NCBI GenBank assembly: GCA_030295235.1
Contig: AP026123.1
Span: forward strand, 1,860,001 to 1,924,000
Length of the DNA stretch: 64,000 nt
Direction of reading: 5' to 3'
Source of the DNA: Fistulifera solaris
Lineage: Eukaryota
Numbering within the stretch: the stretch's first letter is position 1; each line of letters begins with the position of its first letter. The position numbers were made by a program, and so were the translations under genes. The notes beneath the pieces are model-generated. The model saw only the letters and a program-made list of their open reading frames with translations. It ran no database searches and had not been told where the DNA came from. Shown one piece after another: positions 1 through 11,893 of this stretch.

Positions 1-1
1 G

Positions 2-566
2 TTGTCGTCGGAACGAAACTCGATCCGCTTCGAAACACTCCTACCCGATCGCATTTGGATCCTCCACAATTTTTTTGACGCACGAGGAATGTCAAGCCTG
101 GATTCAATACATTGAACAAGATATTACAATGTATTTGACACAACAACGCGGCAATAAGTACTATGCGCAGCGGGAATGTTACCGCTTTCAACGAAACGAT
201 GAGAGTATGTCGCATCGTATCTATGAACGCCTTCGAGATCACTGTCAAGTGTTGCCGCTCGGACCCCCCATCATGTGCAACCCCAATTTACGATTGTACA
301 AATATACCAAAGGCATGTCATTTGGAAAACATGTCGATGAAAGTCAGGTGATACCGGGATGGGGAAAGACGCGTGTGACCGTCTTGATTTACTTGTCCGA
401 GTGTCAAGGAGGAGCTACTTCCTTCGAGTCGAATGTAGCGTTTTTGCCAAAAGAAGGAGCCATGTTATTGCACGTACACGGCGATGATTGTCTCGAGCAT
501 GAGGGGAAACCAGTGAAAGGAGGAATCAAATACATACTACGGACGGATTTGGTGTATGCGAATTGA
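2..566 (+). CDS. 2OG-Fe(II) oxygenase (prolyl 4-hydroxylase-like), 5'-truncated by the window edge
   Basis: Motifs LRLYKY..G..FGKHVD (HxD), HEG (distal His) and KYILRTD. The upstream IWILHNF is in another frame and joins LTHEEC across the T run at ~70-76. Confidence 0.8.
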   Translation, partial: CRRNETRSASKHSYPIAFGSSTIFLTHEECQAWIQYIEQDITMYLTQQRGNKYYAQRECYRFQRNDESMSHRIYERLRDHCQVLPLGPPIMCNPNLRLYKYTKGMSFGKHVDESQVIPGWGKTRVTVLIYLSECQGGATSFESNVAFLPKEGAMLLHVHGDDCLEHEGKPVKGGIKYILRTDLVYAN

Positions 567-638
567 AAGAACTTGAAGCACTGCCGTTCGATTTAACAGC
601 AATTTTGTGGTTCAAATTTATAAAAATATAGAAATGTT

Positions 639-1605
639 TTACTGACGAGCACCTCGCTCGCGCCCAGAACCGAAATCGAGCGACTTGTACACAAATTTCA
701 ACCATTCCGGTGTGTTCGAATCGTCGTCACTGTCGTCCGAATCGACCAGATACGCAAAAGCATAGGCGCTCGCCACTACCACGAAATTCGCTGCCCAAAT
801 GAGTCCAGTGTCTTTCGTGGCCACGGGGGCCAATAAACTAATGGCCGGAGAGGCCAGAAACGCAATGTCCAGTGCCTTCTTTTCGGCACCCTTCGGGCGA
901 CGACTGCGCAGAGAAGGAATGACAAAGAGCCACCACCACCAGTAACCCAGTACTTGAATCGACACATCCATGTTGTAGACTCCGTACCATCCGTAGCCAC
1001 CAAAAAGTGATGCCGGATTGGTGGCCATGACATAGCTGAGACCAAACGAGAGGATCGCTTGCGCTAAAAATATATTTTTAAGCCATCCCCGAAAGACAGA
1101 CCGACGTTCAATAATGAGATCCTTTTTCTTTTTTCGTAATTTTTTGACGCAACGCTTCGGCATCCTCCCCTCCGCCACCACCATCGCATTCGGCCGTCGT
1201 CAACAGGGTCTTATCGTCTCCTACTAGAATATCCGCGCGACCCGTCAAAGTCGCCAGTTCCATACGTAAATTGTACAAATCACGTTCCAAATTGACGACT
1301 TTGGCCGGATTCAACAACGCATCCAAGGGTACTCCGACATCCCGCTGAATCCCCGCATCAATGGCCTGGACGAACGGATCATCCGAGGTCAAGTCACCTT
1401 CGGCCGGCATGGACCAACCGACATTGTTGAGTGCATCTTGCGCTTCGGCGCGGACTTCGCTCGTGGTGGTTTCTTTCTCCCGTAATAACGTGATCGATGG
1501 TAGGGCCGCCCGACGCGATGGACCTACAAAGGCTCGACTCGGCGAGGACCACGATGCGGCCAAGACCAGTGTTATTGCGATGCTATTTATTCGAATCGGA
1601 GCCAT
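639..1605 (-). CDS. Plastid-targeted multi-pass membrane protein, resembles plant RPH1 (resistance to Phytophthora 1)-like proteins
   Basis: Signal peptide plus SRA-F presequence. ORFs 1108-1605 and 639-1184 join as KITKKEK-DLIIERR with a one-base correction in the A/T run at ~1122-1134. Four hydrophobic segments and a WWWWLFVIPSLRSRRP..EK.AL motif. Confidence 0.6.
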
Positions 1606-2104
1606 TGTGATGCACTGCGAGCTAAAACTTTAGTTTGTTGCGAAATGGGATGACGGCAAACAACAAAAGCTTCTTCAAGGTGGTCGATCGGTCGATCGGT
1701 GTTTTTCGTTCATTCTTGGCTGGCTGGCCGGATGACGTACTCGTGACTGAGACTGGTACCGGTACGATATATGAACGTCGTACGTGTCCAGTGTACCACG
1801 CAGGACTTCAATTTGACGACTGTCCCAAAAAGGACTCATTCATCTACTGTTTGACACGAGGACTTTGGTACTCTTTTTCGTATGGTCAAGCCTCCTACGT
1901 AACACTTGCAGAAAAAATTCGGAGGAAAAAAGAAGCGCTCATCCTCCACTCACCGTGTGTTGTGAAAGAGAGAGTGCTGCTCTCCTCCTCATCCGTCGTT
2001 GATAACGTAGACGACTACCCCGAGAAATCGACGACTCTGTTTCGAGTCTCTCCGTGTCAAAGGAGAAAGAAAGCTGTCTTGTATTCGAAAGCGAAGGAAC
2101 ATTC

Positions 2105-2981
2105 ATGCGGTGCTTTTTCTCTCCACTTTTGCTTTTCGCCAGCAGTGTGCGGGCCTTTCAAGTTCCTTTGGGGCAACGAAGTTTGATGCGAGCGCCCATG
2201 ACGGCGACCGTGGCAGAAACCGTTCCTTTCTCCAAGCCGGAACGTGTCATTCCCGAAGTTTTACCCAATGTTTACGTGTACGATCATTGTCCTTTCTGTG
2301 TGCGAGTACGTTTCGCGCTGGGCGTGAAGAATATCAAGCACAACATCCGCTTCATGGCAAATGACGATGTTCCGACTCCGACAGCGCTGGTGGGAAAGAA
2401 AATTGCCCCTATATTTGAATGGCCGTCGGCGGATATCTGTATGGCCGAGTCGTTGGATATCATCAGCTTGGTGGATTCGGATGAACGATTCGGTCCTACC
2501 GGAGTGATTCTTCCGGCGACGGACCGTGCTGACATTAAAGCGTGGCAGAAGTCCGTACAAGGTCTGCTTCGGATTTTGCAACGTCCCCGCTACGTTGCGA
2601 CCGGTCTACTTCCCGAGTTTCAACAATTGGATGGCCGCCAAGCGTTCATCATGAATCACCCACTGCCTCCCCTACGAAAAGGCGGAGTGGAAGGAAATGG
2701 GCGCCGAAGAGCGCCTCAGTATTTACGCCGAGACCATGGCGAAGGATCCGGCCGACGAAATTGAAGAATTGAACCGAAAATTGGTGGAACTCGATGATAT
2801 TATCTTTTCGCAGTATCATTGCTCTCCGGGTGGATTGTCGTACGATGATATCGATTTGTTTGCGCGCTTGCGATCCATTACCATCATTAAGGACGTCATT
2901 TGGCCATCGAAACTGCGAGCCTACATGGATGGCATGTCCGAGCTAGGAGACATCCCTTTGTACGATGAAATGGCACTCTAA
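2105..2981 (+). CDS. Glutaredoxin 2 (GrxB-type, GST-fold), probably plastid-targeted
   Basis: YVYDHCPFCVRVR...KNI...NDD..TPT..VGKK..PI and MAESLDI match the bacterial GrxB pattern; C-terminal LSYDDIDLFARLRSIT. Frameshift in the C run at ~2668-2672. VRA-F presequence. Confidence 0.85.
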
Positions 2982-3353
2982 GCTGTTGCCGCACTTCCCG
3001 ACTGGCGAAACCTATACACATACCAGCAAGACTATTGTAACGCACCTCTATATCAGCCGTTAGTTTCGTAAATAACAACCTTTTTTCTCCGACTTGTAGT
3101 CTTCGACTTTTAGTTACATTATCTAATGTGATTTGTCTTAGCTAGACTAGGTGCATCGATGCTGCCCTAGCCCTAGCTAGTGGTGAGCTTAGATCCCCAG
3201 TTTCTACAGCTACGTAATCTTTCATTCAAGAAACCCAAGTTCCTACGCTTGTCATGGTCCTCACAAACTACGGAGTACTAGAAAGTATTGTAGTTCTAGA
3301 AACTATGAGGCGAAAAAGGTGTCAACATTACAGTTTACCTGCATTCAAATAGC

Positions 3354-4130
3354 TTAGATGTAAGGAAAGCCGTGGCCCGTAAGCTCACTCTGTGTGGCGA
3401 TACCACCGAGGGCAAACATAGCCAGACGTCCGTTCTGTGACACGAAGAGAGTTGGTGAGTACTCGGGTGTTGGAGGAAAGAATCGCCTGCACCAGGATGT
3501 TGTATACTACTTACCAAAAGCTCACTGTTGACCTTCTTGTCGTAGGCGGCCTTGTCCTTGGGTGCGAACTGAGTCCAGCCAAAGTCTGAGAGCGTGAAAG
3601 AAGGAAGAGGAAAAGAAGGAAACAAAGGATTATGTTAGAATAAAAAACGAAGAGAAAATAGTCTAATACACGCAATTCATTCATTACTCACCACCCGGTT
3701 CACGCTCTCCCTTCATGGAAGCACTGACACCCGGTCCCGTGGCCGTCAAATCAAAGAGACCCACGGCCATCAACAAGAAGACCATCGGTCCACGCAACAA
3801 AAGATCGTGCGCATCGTGCGACGAAGGCACATTGGCGACGGAGAACTGTTCGCCGGGCAAACGAACGCCCAAATCGGCCACAATCCATCCCGTCACGGCG
3901 AGCATGGCGGTTCGGCAGTGCTTGAGTTCGGCTTCGCGGAAGAAGGGCATGAGGGGTGCGTATGTTTCACTCAAACCGAGGGGATCGAATTTGAATTCTT
4001 TCGCGGCAAAGTTGATGGAGCCGGGGTATTTGTCCATGGTGGCGGCGAGCGCTGAGGAGCTCTTGCTGTTGCTGCTAGGAGCAAAGGCAGCCGCCGAGGC
4101 AACGAACGAAGCGAAGAGAGTAGACTTCAT
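3354..4130 (-). CDS. Light-harvesting fucoxanthin-chlorophyll a/c protein (Lhcr-like), 3 exons (4130-3692, 3585-3515, 3434-3354)
   Basis: AAA-FAP presequence, FDPLG, REAELKHCRTAMLA and terminal NGRLAMFA..G motifs; GT-AG introns. Confidence 0.92.
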
Positions 4131-4506
4131 GGTGTTAGTGATGAAGAAAGAACTTTGGAAGCAAGTTGTCAAAGCCGTAGTAGACTATCGAAGGATCGCG
4201 ATGGGCGGATGCTTCGTCGTCGGCATCAACGTTGCTTATTTCTTGCGACGAAAGCGAGAAAACGGACGAGAGAAATGTTCGTGTAGACTCACGTAGGTAA
4301 ATCTACTGATGACGTAGGAAAGGTCCTTTTTCCGTGTCCCTGTACCATCTGGTACTTCTTGAACTCGAAAGATACCCTGTAGAGTTTTGAACGGATGACA
4401 CTCGTAGACGGAGGTTGAAGGCAAATCCTGAGAAAAAACGAGAGCGACCAAGGTGTGTGTGTCTTCGCTCCCCCGTATTTCAACTTTCTCGATGCACAAA
4501 AGAACC

Positions 4507-5262
4507 ATGAAGGCTGTTGTCATTGCTTCCCTCATCACTTCGGTGGCTGCCTTTGCCCCGGCTCAACAACAGAGCCGATCCGCGACAGAACTCAATGAGT
4601 TCGCGAAAGGATACGTCGGTGGGGAAGGTCCGGAACCCATGTTCATTGGAGACACTGGATCCAAGAACTTTGATCCTTTGGGCTTTGCGACGGTAAGATG
4701 ATTAATAGTAGTCTATGTTTCTAATTTTATTCTATTTTCTCACATTATTTGTCGTAGAAAACCCCGGAATGGCTTCCGTGGTACCGCGAGGCCGAATTGA
4801 AGCACGGCCGGGCCGCCATGTTGGCGGTCGCCGGTTTCGTCGTTCCCGAATTTGTCCGTGTTCCGGGCGAACAATTCTCCTTCGAATCCATCCCCAAGGT
4901 CATTCAAGCACACGATGCGCTTCCGGAATCGATGATTCAAATTTTTGGATGGATTTCCTTCCTCGAGGCTTCTTCGTTTGCCGCCTTGGCCAACATGAAT
5001 GAGTTTGATCGCGTACCCGGAGACTTTGGATTCGATCCCCTGAACTTGTATCCCAAAGAAGCGGCCAAGCGAAAGGAAATGCAACTGAAGGAATTGAAGG
5101 TACGTCGGTATTCTGTATGATCGTGTTGTTTGTTGATAGTCGGCTTGATACTGACTTTAATGTTTCTTGCGCTTCCAGAACGGTCGCCTTGCGATGGTGG
5201 CTATCGGTGGAATGGTAGCTCAATCCGCTATTACTGGAAATGGCTTCCCCTACCTTGCTTAA
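4507..5262 (+). CDS. Light-harvesting fucoxanthin-chlorophyll a/c protein (Lhcr-like), 3 exons (introns ~4693-4757 and ~5100-5178)
   Basis: VAA-FAP presequence, FDPLG, EAELKHGRAAMLA, PGDFGFDPL and ELK/NGRLAM motifs. Confidence 0.93.
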
Positions 5263-6923
5263 AAATTCGACGAGCTTGGACGTTTTTCACCTTGCGCGCG
5301 AGTGCGACGAAGGCTGTAGCGGACAGCTTTTTAACCTCTCTTTAGACACTACAATTTATCGTGGCTAGTATCCTCCGTTCTCCTAGAATAGCAGTTCTTT
5401 GTTTCATATTCGTCGCAACGTTTTTCTAGTGCTGCCGTCAGTCGATCACAGCGTTCGTTCAAAAAAACTATGTTAGCCAAAAACTTGACCTGAAGCGTCT
5501 CAGCCTTTCGTTCATAGAGGCTACCAAAATTATACTGGGCATGTCCATTTGTACTAATGCTTCTACTACGAATGCAAGTACGAGGTCATGGGGCGGCTAT
5601 TGAGCTTTTTCGACGTGTGAAAAAGTCGGAGGGGAAACTTTGTATGCAGCCCTTAGTCTAATCGAAAGAGTCCGTGTAGAAAGTAGGCCTAGCTATTGTT
5701 GTGAACATTTCGTCAGCTTCCTAGGCATGAGACCTATAACTTCTCGAGATCAGATCGACCGTGCTTGAGAAACTAACACAGGCAATAGCTTGCTGTGCTT
5801 TTGATACGCATGTGGCATGCAAATGGGCTCGTCTATCCCCACAGGAGGACTGGCATCGCAGAACTGCAACAACGAGCAAATTCTATGATGTAACAGTGCG
5901 AAAAAGCTCTGAAATGAGAATGAATATGAAATATATATGAATATGCAACTACGATACGACAGGATACTCTTCTAGAGGATTCCCTTTGAGACTAAATCCG
6001 CCTCCATCATTGCCGCAAACATCACCTTCGCCGGGATTGGAAGCTCATCAATCAATCGATCAAGAGTAAAGTCAGGCGGTGCTAAATGATTGTCATTCAC
6101 ATCCTGGAGGAACTCGCACACCACACCTGTATGGTGCGATAGCAAAAGCCCCATGTATGCGAACCTTGCCGCAATATCGTTTGTCAGAGCCGCTGCCACC
6201 AGTGACATTCGCGAGGGCATTGCCTCTGCTGCAAGCTTTTCTGATTGGTCGTAGATCTTGTTGACCAAAAGGAGCTTGTCAATCGGGTACCCATTGGAGA
6301 TCACATTGCCCGAAGGATTCTCGACTCGGATTTTGCGGTTGCGAGCAAGCAAGCGTTCAAGCCATGCGAGTTCAGGCGATGGGAAGAAGTAAGCAAAATC
6401 GTCGTCGTCATTTGGATCATCGCCGAGCACAACAAAAGTGCGTAGCCCTTTGTGATCTTCCATAGCCCTGGCAATAGTCGGTAGATGAGGTGCCCAGTCC
6501 AGATACTGGCGAGGCGTAGGGCTCAAATCCAAATGCGCTAGCATTGGATTACCATTGATTGCACGAACCACAGCTTCCGCAACACGTGTCACCTTGTCGA
6601 ACTCAAAAGGCTCACAATCGCGATAAGCATCGATTCCGAACCGTTCATACAAATGACGTACTGAAAGACAAAGTCGCTCAAAATGGCCCAGCTGAGCCAC
6701 TCGACTCAGAAATGAGACAAGAAGCTTCTCCCAATCGATACAAGATTCCAGGGAGCTTGACGGAAATTACTCACTCCGAGCGGTTCCGATTATCTACGGT
6801 TTCGATGTCGTATCGATTCCTAAATATTTATGAACGAAACTTGGTTTCAACGATAAATATTATCTTAAGCAACCGAAACGGTATGTTCGCTCGTAACGCA
6901 AAACAAGTAATGTGTTTTTTGCC

Positions 6924-7083
6924 AGAGAGAAAAATTCTCTCTGAAGTGAGAAAATTTCTCTCTTTAGAGAGAGATTTTCTCTCGATTTCTCTCTTAGAGA
7001 GAAATTTTCTCCCTTAAAGAGTATATTTCTCCCTATTTCTCTCTTTAGAGAGAAAGTTCTCTGTAGAGAGATATTTTTTCTAT
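6924..7083. repeat. Repeat block A: array of imperfect palindromic AGAGAGAAA(A)TTTCTCTCT-type units
   Basis: Direct reading; near-identical direct copy at ~7779-7934. Confidence 0.9.
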
Positions 7084-7778
7084 GCTTTCGTTCACGTCTT
7101 TGTGTAATTAAGGTTAAAAATCGACGATGAAGAGACCTCAACACACGACGAACAACCGTTATCGCACAAAACAACCAACGCAAAAACAAAAGACGGTTCA
7201 GCGAGACAAGCATTTCTAATTACTAAAATGTAATTTGTCCCCGACAGCTAGTCATCAATTGACCTCGTCAACAGGAACAATGGGGCTTAGCTTTGGAAAG
7301 ACGAATGGCGGGTGTGCAGGCCGAGTGCCATTTTTGGCTCGGCGTCGTGCTGTTTGGTGCGTTCCATTTTCAATTTCCCTTTTGTTTTTACTGTGAAAAC
7401 ATATTTGATCCGCGGCTCATTGGACACAGTTTGTCTTTTCCATGCTGACTGAAGAGTCTGGCAAATTTCCGCGGTCTGGGGCTGCTTCGTTTTCCCGGGC
7501 TTGTTGAGTTTCCAGCACGCCATGGCCGCATCTCAGTTCATTCAGAGATTTCCCTCTTAATCCTTTGGTCTCTCATTCTTGCCATTAATCAAAAGCGTTA
7601 GATAATAGGTTTTGAGTTGATATGAATTACTCTTTTGCAAAAGAAACCTCTTCGATACTTGTCAAGCGCGAGAAAAGTAATGCACCGACGCAACGACGCC
7701 CGACGCCCACATTGCACAGTACATAAAATTCGTTCAACAGAGGAAAACTCTAAACAGAAATCGTCTTACTCCATAATG

Positions 7779-7934
7779 AAAATTTCTCGCTGAAGTGAGA
7801 AAATTTCTCTCTTAGAGAGAGATTTTCTCTCGATTTCTCCCTTAGAGAGAAATTTTCTCCCTTAAAGAGAAATTTTCTCCCTATTTCTCTCTACAGAGAG
7901 AATTTCTCTCTATAGAGAGAAAATTTCTCTCTAT
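7779..7934. repeat. Repeat block B: direct copy of block A
   Basis: ctgaagtgagaaaatttctctct(t)tagagagagattttctctcgatttctc...cccttaaagag...tttctccctatttctctct is shared with 6941-7045. Confidence 0.9.
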
Positions 7935-9705
7935 AATGACAAAAAATTACTTAGAGACAAACGGCATTTAAGCTCGTAGCATAAAACGTGTATCGGAATT
8001 TATCGGGAAATGTTGTACAATTGAGTAGAGTACAAATGTTTCCGTTGAAATAATTACTATATAAGCGTAAACTGTATAGTATGTTACGGAGAGACTTCCG
8101 ACAAGCACCCAGAAAGAACGTCACCGATAAGTCGCCCGGCGCAATAGCAAGAGTATCAAAAACCTCCGGTTGGACATGTCTCGCATCAATTAAGTACTCT
8201 AACGAACGGGTCTTAGCTGAAAAGGAATCAATACGCGTTCCGCGTCCAGGGAGAAAAACGAACAACTGGTCAAAAATATCAAGCTGAACTAGGCGTCGTA
8301 GATGTCCAGGACTGAAGAAGGTCCCGCAAACCATAGAATGGAGGTAGAGCAAACCAAAGTGAGCTTCGCGTTATTCGAGCGCTTCGATGAAAGCCACACC
8401 GTCGTCCTTGAACGCAAAACCATCTCCCACTAATTCCAGTCGCAATGAGTAAGGCCTCGTGGCTACAAAACGGATTGCTCGGCATTCAAGACACCCGTTG
8501 GTATCGCATAATGCCGTTCTTGGTTCGAATCCAAGATGGATGCAAGCTGCGGTAGACGGAAGGCTCCGAAGTCGAAATTGCGTCCCTCGTCGATTCGCAG
8601 TGCGTATTTCGTTTCGACGGAATGCTCCAGTGACCAGAAAAACGTCGCGGTCTGAGCGATGGCAGCACTTGTCTGACCATAGATGGCGCAATGTAGAAAA
8701 CACAAGTCCCGGCCGACGTTGTGCAGTAAAAAGGAAACGTGGCGCTGGTTCATCGGTTCAAAAATTTCGTCGCTAACGAAAATGACGGTGCGGTTCTCCC
8801 TCCAAATCGCTAGGGTGCCGAGATTCTTCCAGTCGAACTCATTGTGATCCGTAGGTTCGCGTAGAAGCTTGTAGATGGGCAGCGATCTTTCTCGAGGAAG
8901 TAAAGCCTTTTGTTGACGCGACAGCCGGTCCCGTGGAATGAGTTGCAAGAGCGGGCCTGGCTCGTTCATTCTTTCGCTGCGGGCAAACGGATGCAAAGAA
9001 TACTTGAGAGAGTGATTGCAAATCAGTAGAATGAACTTCGTTTCGCGAGATCTTTCAGCAAGTGCGGTCAGCGTCCTTCTTGCTCGAAAACGTTTTTATG
9101 ATCACTGAACGCACGCGCTGCGAATGCATCTTTCATGTTCGAGCATCATTGAAGTGCTTACGTGTCCATCATCTCGGTCGGAGCGGAGGTCCCGCCAGCG
9201 CTGACGTTGATCAAAGACACCGGGCAACCATGAAGTTTGTTACAAAAGAACGAAGAAAGAATAAACTGTGATTGTTCTTCGGTATGGTTTTAACTTCAAA
9301 AACAAAAATGAAGCTCGCAATACGTGTTGCTGTTGCTGTGAGGATGAAAAGACGAACGCGTTCCGCACCTTAAAACGTAAAACACAAAGTCTGTCGGTAC
9401 GGTACCTAAACTTCGCGGTAAGACACACGACTGACTGCGACATCCAGCTTCTGTACCGCTGTGCTTCTTTGAATCCTGTAAAGAGTACATTCAGTACCGC
9501 ATCTGCCACCCGAATTGCGTTGCCGTCAAAAGTGCGGTAAAACGAGCTAAAAGAACGACAACGAGGAACTCCGCAGTCGTCGCATTCCTGTTGTTTGTTC
9601 AACGCACTGATTGTTGTTTGAAAGGATAAACAGGATTAATTTGATTACGTTGCATAAAAAAGCTACTAATTGAAGGGAACTAGTCAACGAAAATTAGATC
9701 GCAAA

Positions 9706-10586
9706 ATGAATTGGTTCGGAAAAAAGAAACCAACCGCGCCTACAACGGTTTCGGCCACTTCGACGGCACGACCCACGGATCCGCAAACAACGATCGTTAC
9801 ATTACGCGAGACGATTGCGAATCAAGAAAAACGGTATGTTATGATTAGGGGTAACTTTGGCTTTCTCGTTTTGCGCAACCAGTGAAATTGAGGTTGATGT
9901 AAAACAACAACACGGCTCATGCCTTTTCCCTTTTTATTTATTTCTACCGTTGTTGTTCAGGGAGGAACATATTGCTCGCAAAATGGAGCAGATGGTGCAA
10001 GAGGCAAAAGCTAAAATGGCGAAAGGAGACAAAAGGGTAAGTCGTGCGTCAAAGACTTTGAGGATGCATGAGAAATTAATTTATCGACTCATGCCCTTTT
10101 GCTTTTTTTAAGGCGCTTTATTTGCAATGAAACGAAAGAAATTGTTTGAAGCCGAAATTGATAAGATCCAAAATGTAAAAATGACGCTGGAAACGCAGGT
10201 AATTAGTTTGGAATCTGCTGCGCAAAACGCGCAGACATTTAAAGCCATGGAGGCCGGTTCGAAGACAATGAAGAAAATACGTACTGAGGTGGGAATTGAA
10301 ATGGTGGATGATATTATGGACGAAATAAAGGAAGAAATGGAAATGGCAAATGAAATCAATGAGGCAATTTCTCAACCAGTAGATCCTCTCATGGCAGACG
10401 AAGACGAACTGTTGGAAGAGCTCAATGCCTTGGAGTCAGCAGACTTGGAGGCCGAATTGCTGGCGCCTCCCACAAAAGTCAGCGACTTTTCATTACCCAC
10501 GGTTCCAGACTCCAAGCTCCCCGCCTTGGAACAAAAAAGAAGCAGACGATCTCAAAGCACTGGAAGCGGAACTTGCGGGCCTATAA
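9706..10586 (+). CDS. SNF7: ESCRT-III subunit Snf7/Vps32 (CHMP4-like), 3 exons
   Basis: MNWFGKKK start; AL.AMKRKKLFE..I..., TLETQVISLESA, VDDIMDEI.E and DEDELLEELNALE motifs. Introns ~9833-9960 and 10036-10112. Frameshift in the A run at ~10532 before the terminal DDLKALEAELAGL*. Confidence 0.9.
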
Positions 10587-10756
10587 AAATTATCAACAAC
10601 TTAGTCAAATAAAAACTTATAAAACTTTTGTGAATTTAGTTCTGCATCTTCATCTTATCGCTTTTCGATCTCTTGTGAGAATACTTAAGCAAAGCAAAAT
10701 CGATGCTTTCTCCGGTTCAAGATGCGTAGCTTAAAGTCGTCTGTGTCGCTCATCGA

Positions 10757-11893
10757 TCATATTCTCAATTTAGTCACAACGATTGACATATCATCGCGAT
10801 AGGTACCCATCATCTTGAGACTCCAGCTCCGTTCAGCTTCATCGAGTAGTTGTTTCACTACCTTGGATAGTCCCACTCCTTTCTTTAGTGCGTTTCCGAG
10901 CTTTGTCAAAAGTACGCCTTGGGCTATTTCGTCAACGAGCCCATCGGATGCTACCACAAGGTAATAAAAGGATTTACCATCACCCAACGTAGGACTTAGG
11001 TCTTTCGCAACAACACTTGGTTCAGCGATCAAATAACCAGGACCTTTCCCATCAAAGTCACCAATGCATCGTGACATTGCCAGAGCCATCTCACCTAACC
11101 TGGTGTTATATAGAACCCGACTGGTTAATTCAGCATCTTCCGGTATTAACACTGTTCCACCCGCTGCTTCAATACGTGCCCGCTCCAACGGATCCGCTGG
11201 TTTATGTTTGATGGCCTCTAAAACTACCTGTGACGTTCCGTCTTGATAGTGCACCAGCATCCCGGTCGAGTCGCCAGTCGAGGCCAGATATACTCTTGTT
11301 CCTATTCTCCAAGCAATGACAGCTGAAGTCCCTCCATCCGTCACCGTTTTTATTTCTGGAGACGCATCGGTCTCCAGAAACGATTCGCGTATTGTTGATT
11401 CTACTTTATTTGTAGTGGATTTCAGCAATCGAAAGGGCAAGTCGCGCACGGCACGGTCGGCTACCACGTGACCATTCTCACCGTGACCATCAAAGAGTGC
11501 CACCAGGGTCAATTGATCTGATTCCATCATCAAGCATCGATCTTGATTGGGGAGACCCATTTTGAAGCCTTTCTGCGTGACAATATGAGAGAGTGCTGAC
11601 GAACGAATGTACCGATCGGTGTCTTTTTCTTGAGGGAAAGAGAGCCGGCATGGACTTGCTGGTGTACAGAAAGGTCCTTTAGAATACTGATATTCAGGAA
11701 GAAATGATGGATCTGAATTTTCGTCATTATAACTCAAAGGAGAATGACTCCATGTCGAGTAACGATTCGTCTCGGTCGACAGTAACGACCACCACCAAAG
11801 ATATGACAGTATAAGCCACAAACTAAAAACAGAGAACCGAAAAACTGGAGCCACCCATTTCTTATGCTTCGCTCTTGATGATATTGATGTCAT
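10757..11893 (-). CDS. PP2C-family protein phosphatase with an N-terminal membrane anchor
   Basis: NQD, LFDGHG, GDS, LAMSRCIGD, VASDGL and DDMSIVV motifs. Confidence 0.9.
   Translation of the reverse strand: MTSISSRAKHKKWVAPVFRFSVFSLWLILSYLWWWSLLSTETNRYSTWSHSPLSYNDENSDPSFLPEYQYSKGPFCTPASPCRLSFPQEKDTDRYIRSSALSHIVTQKGFKMGLPNQDRCLMMESDQLTLVALFDGHGENGHVVADRAVRDLPFRLLKSTTNKVESTIRESFLETDASPEIKTVTDGGTSAVIAWRIGTRVYLASTGDSTGMLVHYQDGTSQVVLEAIKHKPADPLERARIEAAGGTVLIPEDAELTSRVLYNTRLGEMALAMSRCIGDFDGKGPGYLIAEPSVVAKDLSPTLGDGKSFYYLVVASDGLVDEIAQGVLLTKLGNALKKGVGLSKVVKQLLDEAERSWSLKMMGTYRDDMSIVVTKLRI

Larger units (their letters stand above)
6745..8100. mobile_element. Non-autonomous ~1.36 kb insertion flanked by ACAAG direct repeats
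   Basis: ACAAG at 6740-6744 and 8101-8105. Removing the element and one ACAAG restores the host reading frame. AT-rich, no convincing ORF, with internal repeat blocks. Confidence 0.8.
5972..8969 (-). pseudogene. Member of a repetitive diatom gene family (degenerate LRR/RNI-like hypothetical protein), disrupted
   Basis: The coding frame runs from ATG 8969 (MNEPGPLLQLIPRDRL) through a frameshift at ~8466 and an in-frame TAA at 8371-8373 (ALE*REAHFG). It is cut by the 6745-8100 insertion and resumes in frame (FFLGAC|IDWEKLLVSFLSRVAQLGHFERL) to the stop at 5972. Confidence 0.75.

Noticed and set aside
6860..7523. ORFs within the small insertion (6860-7213, 7287-7523 and the 3' part of 6559-7017)
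   Set aside because: These are largely translations of the AG/CT repeat block or short ORFs with no recognisable motif.
6924..7934. Palindromic repeat arrays as a CRISPR array
   Set aside because: The units are adjacent and degenerate with no unique spacers, there are no cas genes, and the context is eukaryotic.
6760..8090. Alternative boundaries for the 1.36 kb insertion using an ACGGA direct repeat (6760-6764 and 8086-8090)
   Set aside because: Excision at these sites does not restore the host reading frame, whereas excision at ACAAG does.
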